From: Candidatus Saccharimonadota bacterium
Lineage (GTDB): Bacteria > Pseudomonadota > Gammaproteobacteria > Enterobacterales > Enterobacteriaceae
Reading direction: 5' to 3'
Length of the DNA: 32,000 nucleotides
NCBI RefSeq assembly: GCF_000185985.2
Contig: NC_014909.2
Coordinates: 330,001-362,000 of the forward strand
Positions 18,908-28,170 of this stretch are shown piece by piece. The notes under the pieces are model-generated. The model ran no database searches and was not told where the DNA came from. It saw only the letters and a program-made list of their open reading frames with translations. The stretch's first letter is position 1; the number at the start of each line of letters is the position of its first letter. The translations under genes and the position numbers were made by a program.

Positions 18908-19879
18908 ATGATTTTAGGAATTGTTTGCGCCATAATATCATGTTTATTATGGGGGGTAATATTCATAGGTCCTCTATTGGTACCAGAATATCCTGGTATG
19001 TTACAAGCATCAGGTCGTTATATAGTATTTGGATTGATTTCATTACCATTATCATGGATTGATAGAAAACATTTATGTAAATTATCACTGCAAGATTGGA
19101 TAGAAGCAATTAAATTAGTGATCTCAGGGCATTTAATATATTATGCTTGTTTAGCTAGTGCTATTCAACGTATAGGGGCCCCCATTTCAACGGCTATTAT
19201 CGGCACATTACCTATAATGATAATGATTATAGCGCATATAATTATGAAGAATAATAATCAAAAAAAAAATAATAAAAAATTTTTTAAATGTTCTATTATT
19301 ATGCCTATCGTGTTAATCGGAATAGGTTTATTGTGTATTAATATTTCTGAATTAAAATCTGAAAATTTGATTGAATATAATTCATTAGAATATATTGTTG
19401 GAATTATTCTAGCAGTTATTTCTGTAATATCTTGGTCTTGGTATGCATTAAGAAATGCTCATTGGTTAAAAACACATCCAAATAATAAACCTATCACTTG
19501 GACAAATGCTCAAGGAATAGTAACATTGCCGTTATCGTGTTTTACATATTTTATTATATGTTTGTATTCGTATTATGTAAAAGATGAATTTATATTGCCA
19601 TTAGGTCCTCGACCATTTTTTTTTATTTTGTTGATGATTTCAATTGGATTGTGTTGTTCTTGGTTAGGAACATTTTTTTGGAATAAAGCTAGTCAAAGAT
19701 TACCAACTACTTTAATGGGTTCCTTGATTGTATTTGAAACAATAGCAGGGTTAATATATGCCTTTATACATCGTTGGTTATGGCCCTCCTCATTAATTTT
19801 AATAGGAATAATTTTATTAATTTCGGGGGTATTGTGTATACTATATATCGAAAATGTTTACAAACATAATTATCAGTAA
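18908..19879 (+). CDS. Inner-membrane transporter of the drug/metabolite transporter (DMT, EamA-like) superfamily, YtfF-like
   Basis: 323 aa and highly hydrophobic, with about 10 predicted TM segments in two halves separated by a K/N-rich loop (NNNQKKNNKKFFK). The N-terminus (WGVIFIGPLLVPEYPGMLQASGRY) and LIYYACLASAIQRIGAPISTAIIGTLP resemble my recollection of E. coli YtfF. Orthology needs a search. Confidence 0.72.
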   Translation: MILGIVCAIISCLLWGVIFIGPLLVPEYPGMLQASGRYIVFGLISLPLSWIDRKHLCKLSLQDWIEAIKLVISGHLIYYACLASAIQRIGAPISTAIIGTLPIMIMIIAHIIMKNNNQKKNNKKFFKCSIIMPIVLIGIGLLCINISELKSENLIEYNSLEYIVGIILAVISVISWSWYALRNAHWLKTHPNNKPITWTNAQGIVTLPLSCFTYFIICLYSYYVKDEFILPLGPRPFFFILLMISIGLCCSWLGTFFWNKASQRLPTTLMGSLIVFETIAGLIYAFIHRWLWPSSLILIGIILLISGVLCILYIENVYKHNYQ

Positions 19880-20072
19880 AAATTAAGATTAATTATTATA
19901 GCAGAGTATAATTAACTAAAATAAACAAGATAAATGTAGAAGTACATTACTAAATATTTAAAAACATCGATTAGTTATATATATAATTGATATAAGAAAA
20001 GGATAGTATCTATCGATATTTTATTTATATAAAATAATGTTTTTTTAAATAAAATAGATTGTTTATTAAGAT

Positions 20073-21188
20073 TTATAAAACTTTAGAAATCATTTTACGA
20101 TGACTGTGCATAGACATAATACAACCAAACTCCGCCATTAATACTAACAGAGATGATCCGCCGTAACTCACTAAAGGCAAAGGCATACCTACTACTGGTA
20201 GAATACCAGTAACCATCCCTATATTCATAAAAATAGTCATAAAAAATATTAGTATAGAGCCTCCTGTTACCAACCGTCCAAACATATGTTGTACATTAAT
20301 CGCAATAAAGAATCCTCTTAATATTATGATTAAATATAATATAAATAACATAGATATTCCTAAAAATCCAAATTCTTCTCCAATTACTGAAAAAATGAAA
20401 TCAGTATGACGTTCTGGAAGAAATTCTAATTGAGATTGAGTGCCATGTAACCAGCCTTTTCCAATTAATCCTCCTGAACCAATAGCAATTTTTGATTGAA
20501 TAATATGATATCCTGATCCTAGAGGATCAATTTCTGGATTCCATAATATAGATATTCTAATCTTTTGATATGGATACATAAAAAAAAACCAAAATATAGG
20601 TATTAATGATATTATCATCGATAATATAATTATTATTAATTTCCAACTAATTCCAGATAAGAATAGCACAAATAGTCCAGTACTCATTGTTAAAATTGTT
20701 GTACCTAAATCTGGCTGTAATAATATAAAAACAGCAGGAATAGTTGTCAATAATAATACTATACAAACTCTTTTAATAGATGGAGGGTATTGCCCTTTAT
20801 TTAAATAATATGCTGTGATAAGCAAAATAGAGAATTTTACTATTTCTGAAGGTTGAAATTTTAATAATCCTAAATCTAACCAACGTTGAGCTCCTTTACT
20901 GATATGACCTGTTATATTCACTAAAATTAGTAAAATAAGACATATATTATATGTATGTAATGCATACATTTCATACTTTTTAGGAGGTATTTGTGCTAAT
21001 AGAATCATTATTATGAATCCAATTATGATTTGAATGATTTTTTGTTGAATTATTTCTACACTTTGTCCACTGGCACTCCATGTTATAAAAATACTGAATA
21101 GTAAAATACATAAAATTGGTAAAAATAATATTAAATCTATATGTAATATGTTGTGAAATATATTTTTTTTATAGATAATTTGATTCAT
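20073..21188 (-). CDS. rodA: SEDS-family peptidoglycan glycosyltransferase RodA (MrdB)
   Basis: 371 aa (E. coli RodA is 370 aa), polytopic. Conserved blocks include RWLDLG...FQPSE, LQPDLGT, HTDFIFSVIGEE.G and LP.VG.PLP..SYGGSS. It lies directly downstream of mrdA. Confidence 0.93.
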   Translation of the reverse strand: MNQIIYKKNIFHNILHIDLILFLPILCILLFSIFITWSASGQSVEIIQQKIIQIIIGFIIMILLAQIPPKKYEMYALHTYNICLILLILVNITGHISKGAQRWLDLGLLKFQPSEIVKFSILLITAYYLNKGQYPPSIKRVCIVLLLTTIPAVFILLQPDLGTTILTMSTGLFVLFLSGISWKLIIIILSMIISLIPIFWFFFMYPYQKIRISILWNPEIDPLGSGYHIIQSKIAIGSGGLIGKGWLHGTQSQLEFLPERHTDFIFSVIGEEFGFLGISMLFILYLIIILRGFFIAINVQHMFGRLVTGGSILIFFMTIFMNIGMVTGILPVVGMPLPLVSYGGSSLLVLMAEFGCIMSMHSHRKMISKVL

Positions 21189-21240
21189 TGTAAAAAATGA
21201 TTTTTAATATGAATAAAATGTATAATTAAATTAAAATTTA

Positions 21241-23091
21241 TTATAATAAAATATAATCCAATATTTTTCTAGTAATTGTTCCAATTGACATATTTACTCC
21301 TCCGTTTTCTAAAATTACTACTATGGCTACAGTGGGTTTTTCATAAGGAGCAAAAGCTGTCATTAATTTATGGTCCTGAAGATATTTAGAGATTTTACTA
21401 GGATCGTAATTTTGTTGATTTTTTAATCTGAATAATTGTGCTGTTCCAGATTTTGCCGCTGCTTTATATGTAGTGTTAGAAAAGCTATTTTTTACAGTCC
21501 CATTAGGCCGATTAGCTGCTCCAAACATTCCATCTTTAGCTATTTGCCATACATTTGATTTAGGATCTCCTACTTGTTTATTTTCTACTTGATTATATGA
21601 AATAGAATAATTTTTGTTTAATAAGACGCTGTGTAACAAATGAGGTATACGAACATTACCATCATTAATTAAAGTTATTAAAGCTTTAGACATTTGAACT
21701 GGGGTAGCAGTCCAATATCCTTGTCCAATTCCTACTGATATTGTATCTCCTTGGTACCAGGGAATTTTGAATTTTTTTACTTTCCATGCTCTATTAGGCA
21801 TAACTCCTGTTAATTCTTCACGTAAATCAATTCCAGTATATTTCCCATATCCAAATTTACTCATCCATTCTGATAAATTATCTATCCCCATTTTATAAGC
21901 AATTTGATAAAAGAATGTATCAGAAGATTCCTCTAAAGCTTTAGTAATATTTAATTCTCCATGACCCCATCGTTTCCAGTCTCTAAATCGTTTTTCAGAA
22001 CCAGGTAATTTCCACCAACCTGGGTCAAAAAAAGAAAAATTTTTGTTAATAATTCCTAAAATTAATGCAGATACTGAGATGTATGGTTTTACAGTAGATG
22101 CTGGAGGATATATACCTTGAGTGGCTCGATTAAGTAAAGGACAATCATGATTTTTCAATAATAAGCAATATTCTGATTGAGAAATCCCATTAACAAATAA
22201 ATTTGGATCATAACTAGGATAAGAAACTAATGCTTGAATCCCCCCGGTTCTGGGATCAATTACTATGACAGAAGATCTACTGCCTACTAATAATTTAGTA
22301 ATATATTGTTGCAAATGTACATCTAGAGTTAAAAAAATATCTTTTCCTGGTATGGGAGGTTTTTCATATAATTTTCGAATAATTTTTCCTCGATTATTCA
22401 CTTCTACCGCTCCATATCCTGGAGTTCCATGTAGAATGTTTTCGTAATAACGTTCAATGCCCAATTTACCAATGTTTTGAGTTGCTACATACTTTGCATA
22501 TATCCCATTTTTGTTTAATTGTTGTATATCTAATTTATTAATTTTAGAAACATATCCTACCACATGGGTTAATATAGGCCCATATGGATAATATCGACAT
22601 TGATATCGTTTTATAGTTACCCCATGAAATCGAAATTGATTTACAGCAAATCGAGCTCGTTGTTCTTCTGTTAAGCCAATTTTGATAGGTATTGGCGTAA
22701 AGCGAGGGTGGCGTTTACGTTCTTTTTCAAATTTATTGATATCATCAGCATCTAGTTGTAATAAAGATTGCAATTCTTGAATGGTTTCTGTGAGGTTTAA
22801 AGAATATTCTGGAATTATTTCTAAATGATATACAGCGCGATTTAATGCTAATGCTATTCCATTACGGTCGTAAATAATACCTCTTTTGGGTGAAATAGGT
22901 ATTATTTTAATGCAATTTTCATTAGATCTAATTGTGTAGATTTGAAATTGTATTATTTGTATATTGTATAAATATATAAATAAGGCACTAAGCATTAAAA
23001 TTATAATAAAAAATGAAATCATTACACGCTGTATAAATAGTAACGATGCAGTTGAATAATCAGGAAAAATTTGAAATTTATGAAATTTCAT
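21241..23091 (-). CDS. mrdA: Penicillin-binding protein 2 (elongasome transpeptidase)
   Basis: 616 aa with an N-terminal membrane anchor. It has the transpeptidase SxxK motif (ASTVKP) and a K[ST]G motif (KSGTAQ). The mrdA-rodA arrangement matches E. coli. Confidence 0.95.
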   Translation of the reverse strand: MKFHKFQIFPDYSTASLLFIQRVMISFFIIILMLSALFIYLYNIQIIQFQIYTIRSNENCIKIIPISPKRGIIYDRNGIALALNRAVYHLEIIPEYSLNLTETIQELQSLLQLDADDINKFEKERKRHPRFTPIPIKIGLTEEQRARFAVNQFRFHGVTIKRYQCRYYPYGPILTHVVGYVSKINKLDIQQLNKNGIYAKYVATQNIGKLGIERYYENILHGTPGYGAVEVNNRGKIIRKLYEKPPIPGKDIFLTLDVHLQQYITKLLVGSRSSVIVIDPRTGGIQALVSYPSYDPNLFVNGISQSEYCLLLKNHDCPLLNRATQGIYPPASTVKPYISVSALILGIINKNFSFFDPGWWKLPGSEKRFRDWKRWGHGELNITKALEESSDTFFYQIAYKMGIDNLSEWMSKFGYGKYTGIDLREELTGVMPNRAWKVKKFKIPWYQGDTISVGIGQGYWTATPVQMSKALITLINDGNVRIPHLLHSVLLNKNYSISYNQVENKQVGDPKSNVWQIAKDGMFGAANRPNGTVKNSFSNTTYKAAAKSGTAQLFRLKNQQNYDPSKISKYLQDHKLMTAFAPYEKPTVAIVVILENGGVNMSIGTITRKILDYILL

Positions 23092-23196
23092 TCAATATAG
23101 ATATATAGTAATTATTATTAAGATAATACATTTTAAGTATAGCTACTCATATATATACAATGCGTATATATAATTAAGATTTATTTTTTAAGTATG

Positions 23197-23526
23197 TTAA
23201 TTCCATAATTTTTCTAATTCATATAGTTTTCGTATTTCACTTTTCATAATATGTATTATTATATCTCCTAAATCAACTAGGACCCATTCTCCACATTCCA
23301 CTCCTTCTATTCCATAAAACTTATGAAAGCTTGTTTGACGTAATTTTTTTAATATATTTTGAGCAATAGAAACTACATGACGACTAGATTGACCAGTGCA
23401 AAAAATCATTAAATTTGTGATACTATATTTATATTTATCAGTATTTATATTTAAACACACAATATTTTGACCTTTCAAGTCTTCAATACAATTAAGTATA
23501 AGTTGCTTTAATATATCAAATTTCAA
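23197..23526 (-). CDS. rsfS: Ribosomal silencing factor RsfS (YbeB)
   Basis: 109 aa, RsfS/Iojap family pattern (MIFCTG.S.RHV.SIA..I......G.E.GEWVL.D.GD.I.H.M....R..Y.LE.LW). Position between holA and mrdA matches E. coli. Confidence 0.9.
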   Translation of the reverse strand: MKFDILKQLILNCIEDLKGQNIVCLNINTDKYKYSITNLMIFCTGQSSRHVVSIAQNILKKLRQTSFHKFYGIEGVECGEWVLVDLGDIIIHIMKSEIRKLYELEKLWN

Positions 23527-23598
23527 ATTCTCAGATTTCCTAAAAATTATTATAGTTTTTATAATGATTATTACATTAAAAATAAATACATATACATA

Positions 23599-23619
23599 TC
23601 CGTATATTAAATATACGGA
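23599..23619 (-). terminator. Hairpin in the holA-rsfS spacer (10-bp arms around a single central base); weak intrinsic-terminator or attenuator candidate on the minus strand
   Basis: tccgtatatt a aatatacgga, with arms that are exact reverse complements. On the minus-strand transcript it is followed by a U-rich stretch (uauguauauguauuuauuuuu). It lies 128 nt after the holA stop and 73 nt before the rsfS start. Confidence 0.35.
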
Positions 23620-23746
23620 GGATTTTACATTATAAAATATTTATATTATTAAAATATAAAATTATTTTAAATATCATATGGAACTTTTATCATTTTAATT
23701 TTATATAATGATGTATAATGTTCTATTTTATCTTTTGTTGAAATTA

Positions 23747-24769
23747 TTATGCAGATTTATAACATAAAATTTCTGCTAATAATTCAAAATGTATTTTAGA
23801 AACTTCCATATAATTTTGATAATACTGTAATTCCATTTGAGTTAATAAAAATATAGCTTTGTGTAATTGCATCAAACTTAATCGATGCATTGCTTTCGAT
23901 AACATTATACGTCGATATTGAGTATATATTTTATATTTGTCAAACAATACAGATAATACATTCTTTTTTGCTATTAAATCATATTTAATTCGAATTATTA
24001 TTAAGATTTCATGTTGTATTTTATGTAGTAATATTTTCAAGTTAAGACGCATATAATCTAATTGATTTAAAATACGGTTAGCACGTTGTTTTCTTCCCAT
24101 AAGAATAGATTCTATCCAATGATTATAATTAAAACAAGATGAATCAACTATTATAGTTTTAACACGGTCAAAGGTTAAATTTCCATCAGGATAAATTAAA
24201 AATAAATGTTCTAATATTTGTTTTAATCGAATGGTATTTCCTTCATAATAGGAACATAATAATTGACAAGCTAAATTTTCTATAACTAATTGCATACGTT
24301 TAGCCTGATTTTGTATCCACATTGTTAATCTTGAATATTCTGGGGTAATACAATTTATTAACAAAATATTTTGTTTATACAAATGATGAATCCAATTATT
24401 TTGTTGAATAAATTGATTTAATTTATATATTATTAAAATAAATACTAAATTATCTTTAGTCAATGATAACAAAGTAGATACGTTTTTTTTAAGAGACGAA
24501 ATAGGATAATCTTGTGAGAAATGTATTGATAATATTTGTAATTTTGAAAATAGATTAGTTTCTTTACATAAAGTAAAAATTTGATCCCAATCATAATTCT
24601 TATCTAATTGGATTCGAAAATGTTCACAATCATATGATTTTTTTATTGTATTTATAATGTCTTCATGACTGTCTTGTAGTAAAGATAAATCATTTCCAAA
24701 TAATATATATATAAATTTATTTTTTTTGTTTAATTTTTTAGATAATTGTTCTGGATATATCCAAATCAT
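23747..24769 (-). CDS. holA: DNA polymerase III delta subunit
   Basis: 340 aa (E. coli HolA is 343 aa). N-terminus MIWIYPEQLSKKLNKK...YILFGND.SLLQDS parallels E. coli MIRLYPEQLRAQLNEG...YLLLGNDPLLLQES. The C.YYEGN and LIYPDG.LT blocks are conserved. It lies downstream of lptE as in E. coli. Confidence 0.87.
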   Translation of the reverse strand: MIWIYPEQLSKKLNKKNKFIYILFGNDLSLLQDSHEDIINTIKKSYDCEHFRIQLDKNYDWDQIFTLCKETNLFSKLQILSIHFSQDYPISSLKKNVSTLLSLTKDNLVFILIIYKLNQFIQQNNWIHHLYKQNILLINCITPEYSRLTMWIQNQAKRMQLVIENLACQLLCSYYEGNTIRLKQILEHLFLIYPDGNLTFDRVKTIIVDSSCFNYNHWIESILMGRKQRANRILNQLDYMRLNLKILLHKIQHEILIIIRIKYDLIAKKNVLSVLFDKYKIYTQYRRIMLSKAMHRLSLMQLHKAIFLLTQMELQYYQNYMEVSKIHFELLAEILCYKSA

Positions 24770-24831
24770 ACAATTTTCACTAATTATTTTTATAAAACCA
24801 TGATTGTAATAGTATTGCCATATTATAATTT

Positions 24832-25413
24832 TTATTTCTTAATTGCATTAAGAAATTGTCTTGTTAATTTTCGGGCTACATCTTGATACATTTCTTCAAG
24901 AATTTCGTTTTCTTGTATTAAATTAGATAAAGCTTTTTCTGGATTATTAATAAAATTTCGATATGTTTGAACTATAACAGGATAACAATTAATTTGAGGA
25001 GGCGTACAAAATATTGCTCGTATTTTTAAGATTATTTGGTATTCAGATTTTATCCCATTTGGAAACACAGAAATTGTTATATATTTTTTAGACATATGTG
25101 TGATATTTAAGCTAAATTTATGTGATTCACAGTTTTTATGCATAATAGTGGTATCATATATATTTTCAATAACATTAATATTATTGATACACAATTCATG
25201 TTTCATATATCGCGTTATTGAATTATATGGATAAAAACTGTTTAATTCTATTGTTAATTGTTTGTTTTTTTCGGTATCACAATTATTTGCATTGCATCCA
25301 GTACTTAGATATGATGTAGTAGCTAATTCGTAATTACATCCTGAAAACAATAGCAATGATATGCAAATACTTTTATTAAAAATAATATAATAATTTTTTT
25401 TTTCTAAAAACAT
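24832..25413 (-). CDS. lptE: LPS-assembly lipoprotein LptE (RlpB)
   Basis: 193 aa with a signal peptide and lipobox-like LLLFSGC. The C-terminal half aligns with E. coli LptE (EYQIILKIRA...YPVIVQTYRNFINNPEKALSNLIQENEILEEMYQDVARKL vs EYQMIMTVNA...[40 protein letters not shown]). It starts 7 nt after the leuS stop. Confidence 0.85.
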   Translation of the reverse strand: MFLEKKNYYIIFNKSICISLLLFSGCNYELATTSYLSTGCNANNCDTEKNKQLTIELNSFYPYNSITRYMKHELCINNINVIENIYDTTIMHKNCESHKFSLNITHMSKKYITISVFPNGIKSEYQIILKIRAIFCTPPQINCYPVIVQTYRNFINNPEKALSNLIQENEILEEMYQDVARKLTRQFLNAIKK

Positions 25414-25420
25414 CGAATAT

Positions 25421-28024
25421 TTATTTTACAAGAAAGTTAATAACTTTGTTAGGAATGTATATAGTTTTATATATTTGGTTTTTTTTATAATTTATATATA
25501 AATTAATTGATTTTTTTGACATTTCATATATTGTATTTTTATCACTGTTTTTAGAAACAAAAATGCTTGCTTTTTTTTTGCCATTTATTTGTACAATAAT
25601 GAGTACATTTTTATTTTGTATCGCTTGCTCATCAACAATTGGCCATTTGGTATCATCAATATTTTTTAAATTTCCCAATGATTTCCATAATATAAAACTA
25701 ATGTGAGGAGTAAATGGATATAATAGTCGTATTGTTACAGAAAGTGCTTCCTGTAATACTATCCTATCTTGAATGCTAATTTTAGGTGCATTTTGTAAAT
25801 TATTAACTAATTTCATAATTGTTGATAAAGCAGTATTAAATGATTGTCGTCGATCAATATCATCAGTGACTTTAATGATAGTTTTATGCACTAGATGTCT
25901 AATGGTTTTATTTTTATCACTTAATTGATGAAAATAAAGTTCATCATTAATAAGCCCGGACTTAATATGTTGATAAGTTATATTCCATAAACGTTGAAGA
26001 AACCGATAAGCACCTTTAATACCAGATTCTCTCCATTCTAACGTAGCGTGTGCTGGAGCTGCAAACATTATAAAAAAACGAACGGCATCTGCACCATATT
26101 TTTTTATTATTACATTCGGATCAATCCCATTATTTTTGGATTTTGACATTTTACACATTCCATCGTAAATTAAATTATTACCATCGGTATCAATAGCCTT
26201 AACTATATGTCCTGTATTATTGCGGGTTACTACAACATTCTTAGGAGATACCCATATTTTTTGACCATCGTTTGAGATATAATAAAATGAATCTGTCAAG
26301 ATCATTCCTTGGCATAATAAGCGTATTGCTGGTTCATGAGAATTTACTAATCCTGCATCTCGCATTAATTTGTGATAAAAACGAAAATATATTAAATGCA
26401 TAGTAGCATGTTCAATACCTCCTATATATTGATCAATTGGTAACCAATAATTAGCAGCATTAGAATCTAACATTCCGTTATGGTAATTAGGACAAGTATA
26501 ACGTGCGTAATACCAAGAAGACTCTATAAATGTATCAAACGTGTCAAGATCTCTGGTAGCACTTTTATTTTTATACGTAGTTCTTATCCAATTACTCATC
26601 TTTTCTTTTAAAGTTTTTTTTATATTACTCTCGACTGAATATAACTGCTTGGGGAAAATTACTGGTAATTCATTCATAGGAACAGGTTTAATAACTCCAT
26701 TTTTTAGAGTTACCATCGGAATAGGAACACCCCAATAACGTTGTCGGGATACACTCCAATCTTTTAAACGATATAATACTTTAAAAAAAGCTAATTTTTT
26801 ATTAATTAAAACTTTAGTGATTATATCAGAAGCAACTTTAGATATTAATCCATTAAAATCACCGGAATTAAACAATATTCCTACACTAGTCATTGCTTTA
26901 GTTTTAATATTTATAAATTTATCATTTATATTTTTAATCACAGGTTTTATTGGTAAATTGTATTGGTGGGCAAATTCCCAATCTTGTTGATTATGAGCAG
27001 GACATGCTGCAATTGCTCCTATTCCATTGATTTCTACGGGTACTACAAAATTTGCTATCCAGATTGGCAGTATGCTATTGTTAAGAGGATGGACTGCATA
27101 TATATCGGTAAATATCCCTTTTTTATCATCATGAGCATTAATATTATAAAATCGCGTTAAATCAATACTATTTTTTTTAATAAATTCATTTATTTTTAGA
27201 TTAATTTTCGCTATTTTTAAGGATATAGGGTGATCTATGGATAATACTACATAAGTAATTCCCATAAAAATATCTAATCTAGTGGAATGAATAGTAATGA
27301 TATCATTGCTATTCATTATTTTAAAAATAATGTTGATTCCTTGTGATTGCCCAATCCAATTTCGTTGCATAGCTTTAACTTGATTAGGCCAATATTTTAA
27401 TTCATCTAATTTATCTAATAATTCTTTTGCGTAATCAGTGATTTTAATAAACCACTGAGGCATTTTTTTATACTGTATTTGATTCTGACAACGCCAACAA
27501 CTATTATTCACAACTTGCTCATTTGCTAAAACTGTTTCATGATATGAGCACCAATTAACTATTGTTGTTTTTTTATAAACTAACCCTTTTTTATATAAAA
27601 AATTAAAAAACCATTGTTCCCATTTATAATATTGAGGTTGACAAGTAATAATTTCCCTACTCCAATCATACGCAAATCCTAACGATTTTAATTGATTTTT
27701 CATGTAATCAATATTGGCATATGTCCAATCTGATGGATTGGTGTTATTTGTTATTGCAGCTTGTTCTGCAGGTAATCCAAAGGCATCCCATCCCATTGGT
27801 TGTAATACATTTTTACCAAGCATACGTTGATATCTAGAAATTACATCTCCAATAGTATAATTTCTAACATGGCCCATATGTAATTTTCCAGATGGATACG
27901 GAATCATAGATAAGCAGTAATATTTTTGTTTGCTTTTATCCTCTTGTACTGAAAATGTTTGGTGTATATGCCAATATTTTTGTACTATACGTTCTATATG
28001 AATAGGTGAATAAATTTTTTGCAT
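25421..28024 (-). CDS. leuS: Leucyl-tRNA synthetase
   Basis: 867 aa. It has a HIGH-type motif (KLHMGHVRNY) and a KMSKS motif, and is collinear with E. coli LeuS (860 aa). Confidence 0.98.
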   Translation of the reverse strand: MQKIYSPIHIERIVQKYWHIHQTFSVQEDKSKQKYYCLSMIPYPSGKLHMGHVRNYTIGDVISRYQRMLGKNVLQPMGWDAFGLPAEQAAITNNTNPSDWTYANIDYMKNQLKSLGFAYDWSREIITCQPQYYKWEQWFFNFLYKKGLVYKKTTIVNWCSYHETVLANEQVVNNSCWRCQNQIQYKKMPQWFIKITDYAKELLDKLDELKYWPNQVKAMQRNWIGQSQGINIIFKIMNSNDIITIHSTRLDIFMGITYVVLSIDHPISLKIAKINLKINEFIKKNSIDLTRFYNINAHDDKKGIFTDIYAVHPLNNSILPIWIANFVVPVEINGIGAIAACPAHNQQDWEFAHQYNLPIKPVIKNINDKFINIKTKAMTSVGILFNSGDFNGLISKVASDIITKVLINKKLAFFKVLYRLKDWSVSRQRYWGVPIPMVTLKNGVIKPVPMNELPVIFPKQLYSVESNIKKTLKEKMSNWIRTTYKNKSATRDLDTFDTFIESSWYYARYTCPNYHNGMLDSNAANYWLPIDQYIGGIEHATMHLIYFRFYHKLMRDAGLVNSHEPAIRLLCQGMILTDSFYYISNDGQKIWVSPKNVVVTRNNTGHIVKAIDTDGNNLIYDGMCKMSKSKNNGIDPNVIIKKYGADAVRFFIMFAAPAHATLEWRESGIKGAYRFLQRLWNITYQHIKSGLINDELYFHQLSDKNKTIRHLVHKTIIKVTDDIDRRQSFNTALSTIMKLVNNLQNAPKISIQDRIVLQEALSVTIRLLYPFTPHISFILWKSLGNLKNIDDTKWPIVDEQAIQNKNVLIIVQINGKKKASIFVSKNSDKNTIYEMSKKSINLYINYKKNQIYKTIYIPNKVINFLVK

Positions 28025-28170
28025 AATATTAATTTTTTAAATTTAATAATTTCTCTTACAAAGAAAATATACTTAATAATAATTATATTTTTTTTTGATA
28101 CATGAAACAACATGTCAATAAAATTAATTAATATATTTGAATATTATAATTATCTTTTTTTGTAATAATT

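Noticed and set aside
18871-19062. 63-aa plus-strand ORF overlapping the start of the transporter gene in another frame
   Set aside because: It overlaps the 323-aa membrane-protein ORF, which has a coherent TM pattern and E. coli similarity. It also starts inside or adjacent to the 18833-18868 hairpin with no RBS. It is spurious.
20017-20036. AT-only hairpin tattttat-ttat-ataaaata between the convergent transporter and rodA genes; similar AT-only dyads occur at 4686-4703 and 19884-19897
   Set aside because: The stems consist only of A-T pairs and are short (6-8 bp). Such dyads are abundant by chance in this composition and would be thermodynamically weak, so I could not support them as terminators.
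22265-22447. 60-aa plus-strand ORF inside mrdA
   Set aside because: It is an antisense shadow ORF within a well-supported PBP2 gene.
26541-27160. Two 65-aa plus-strand ORFs (26541-26738, 26963-27160) inside leuS
   Set aside because: They are antisense shadow ORFs within leuS with no supporting signals.
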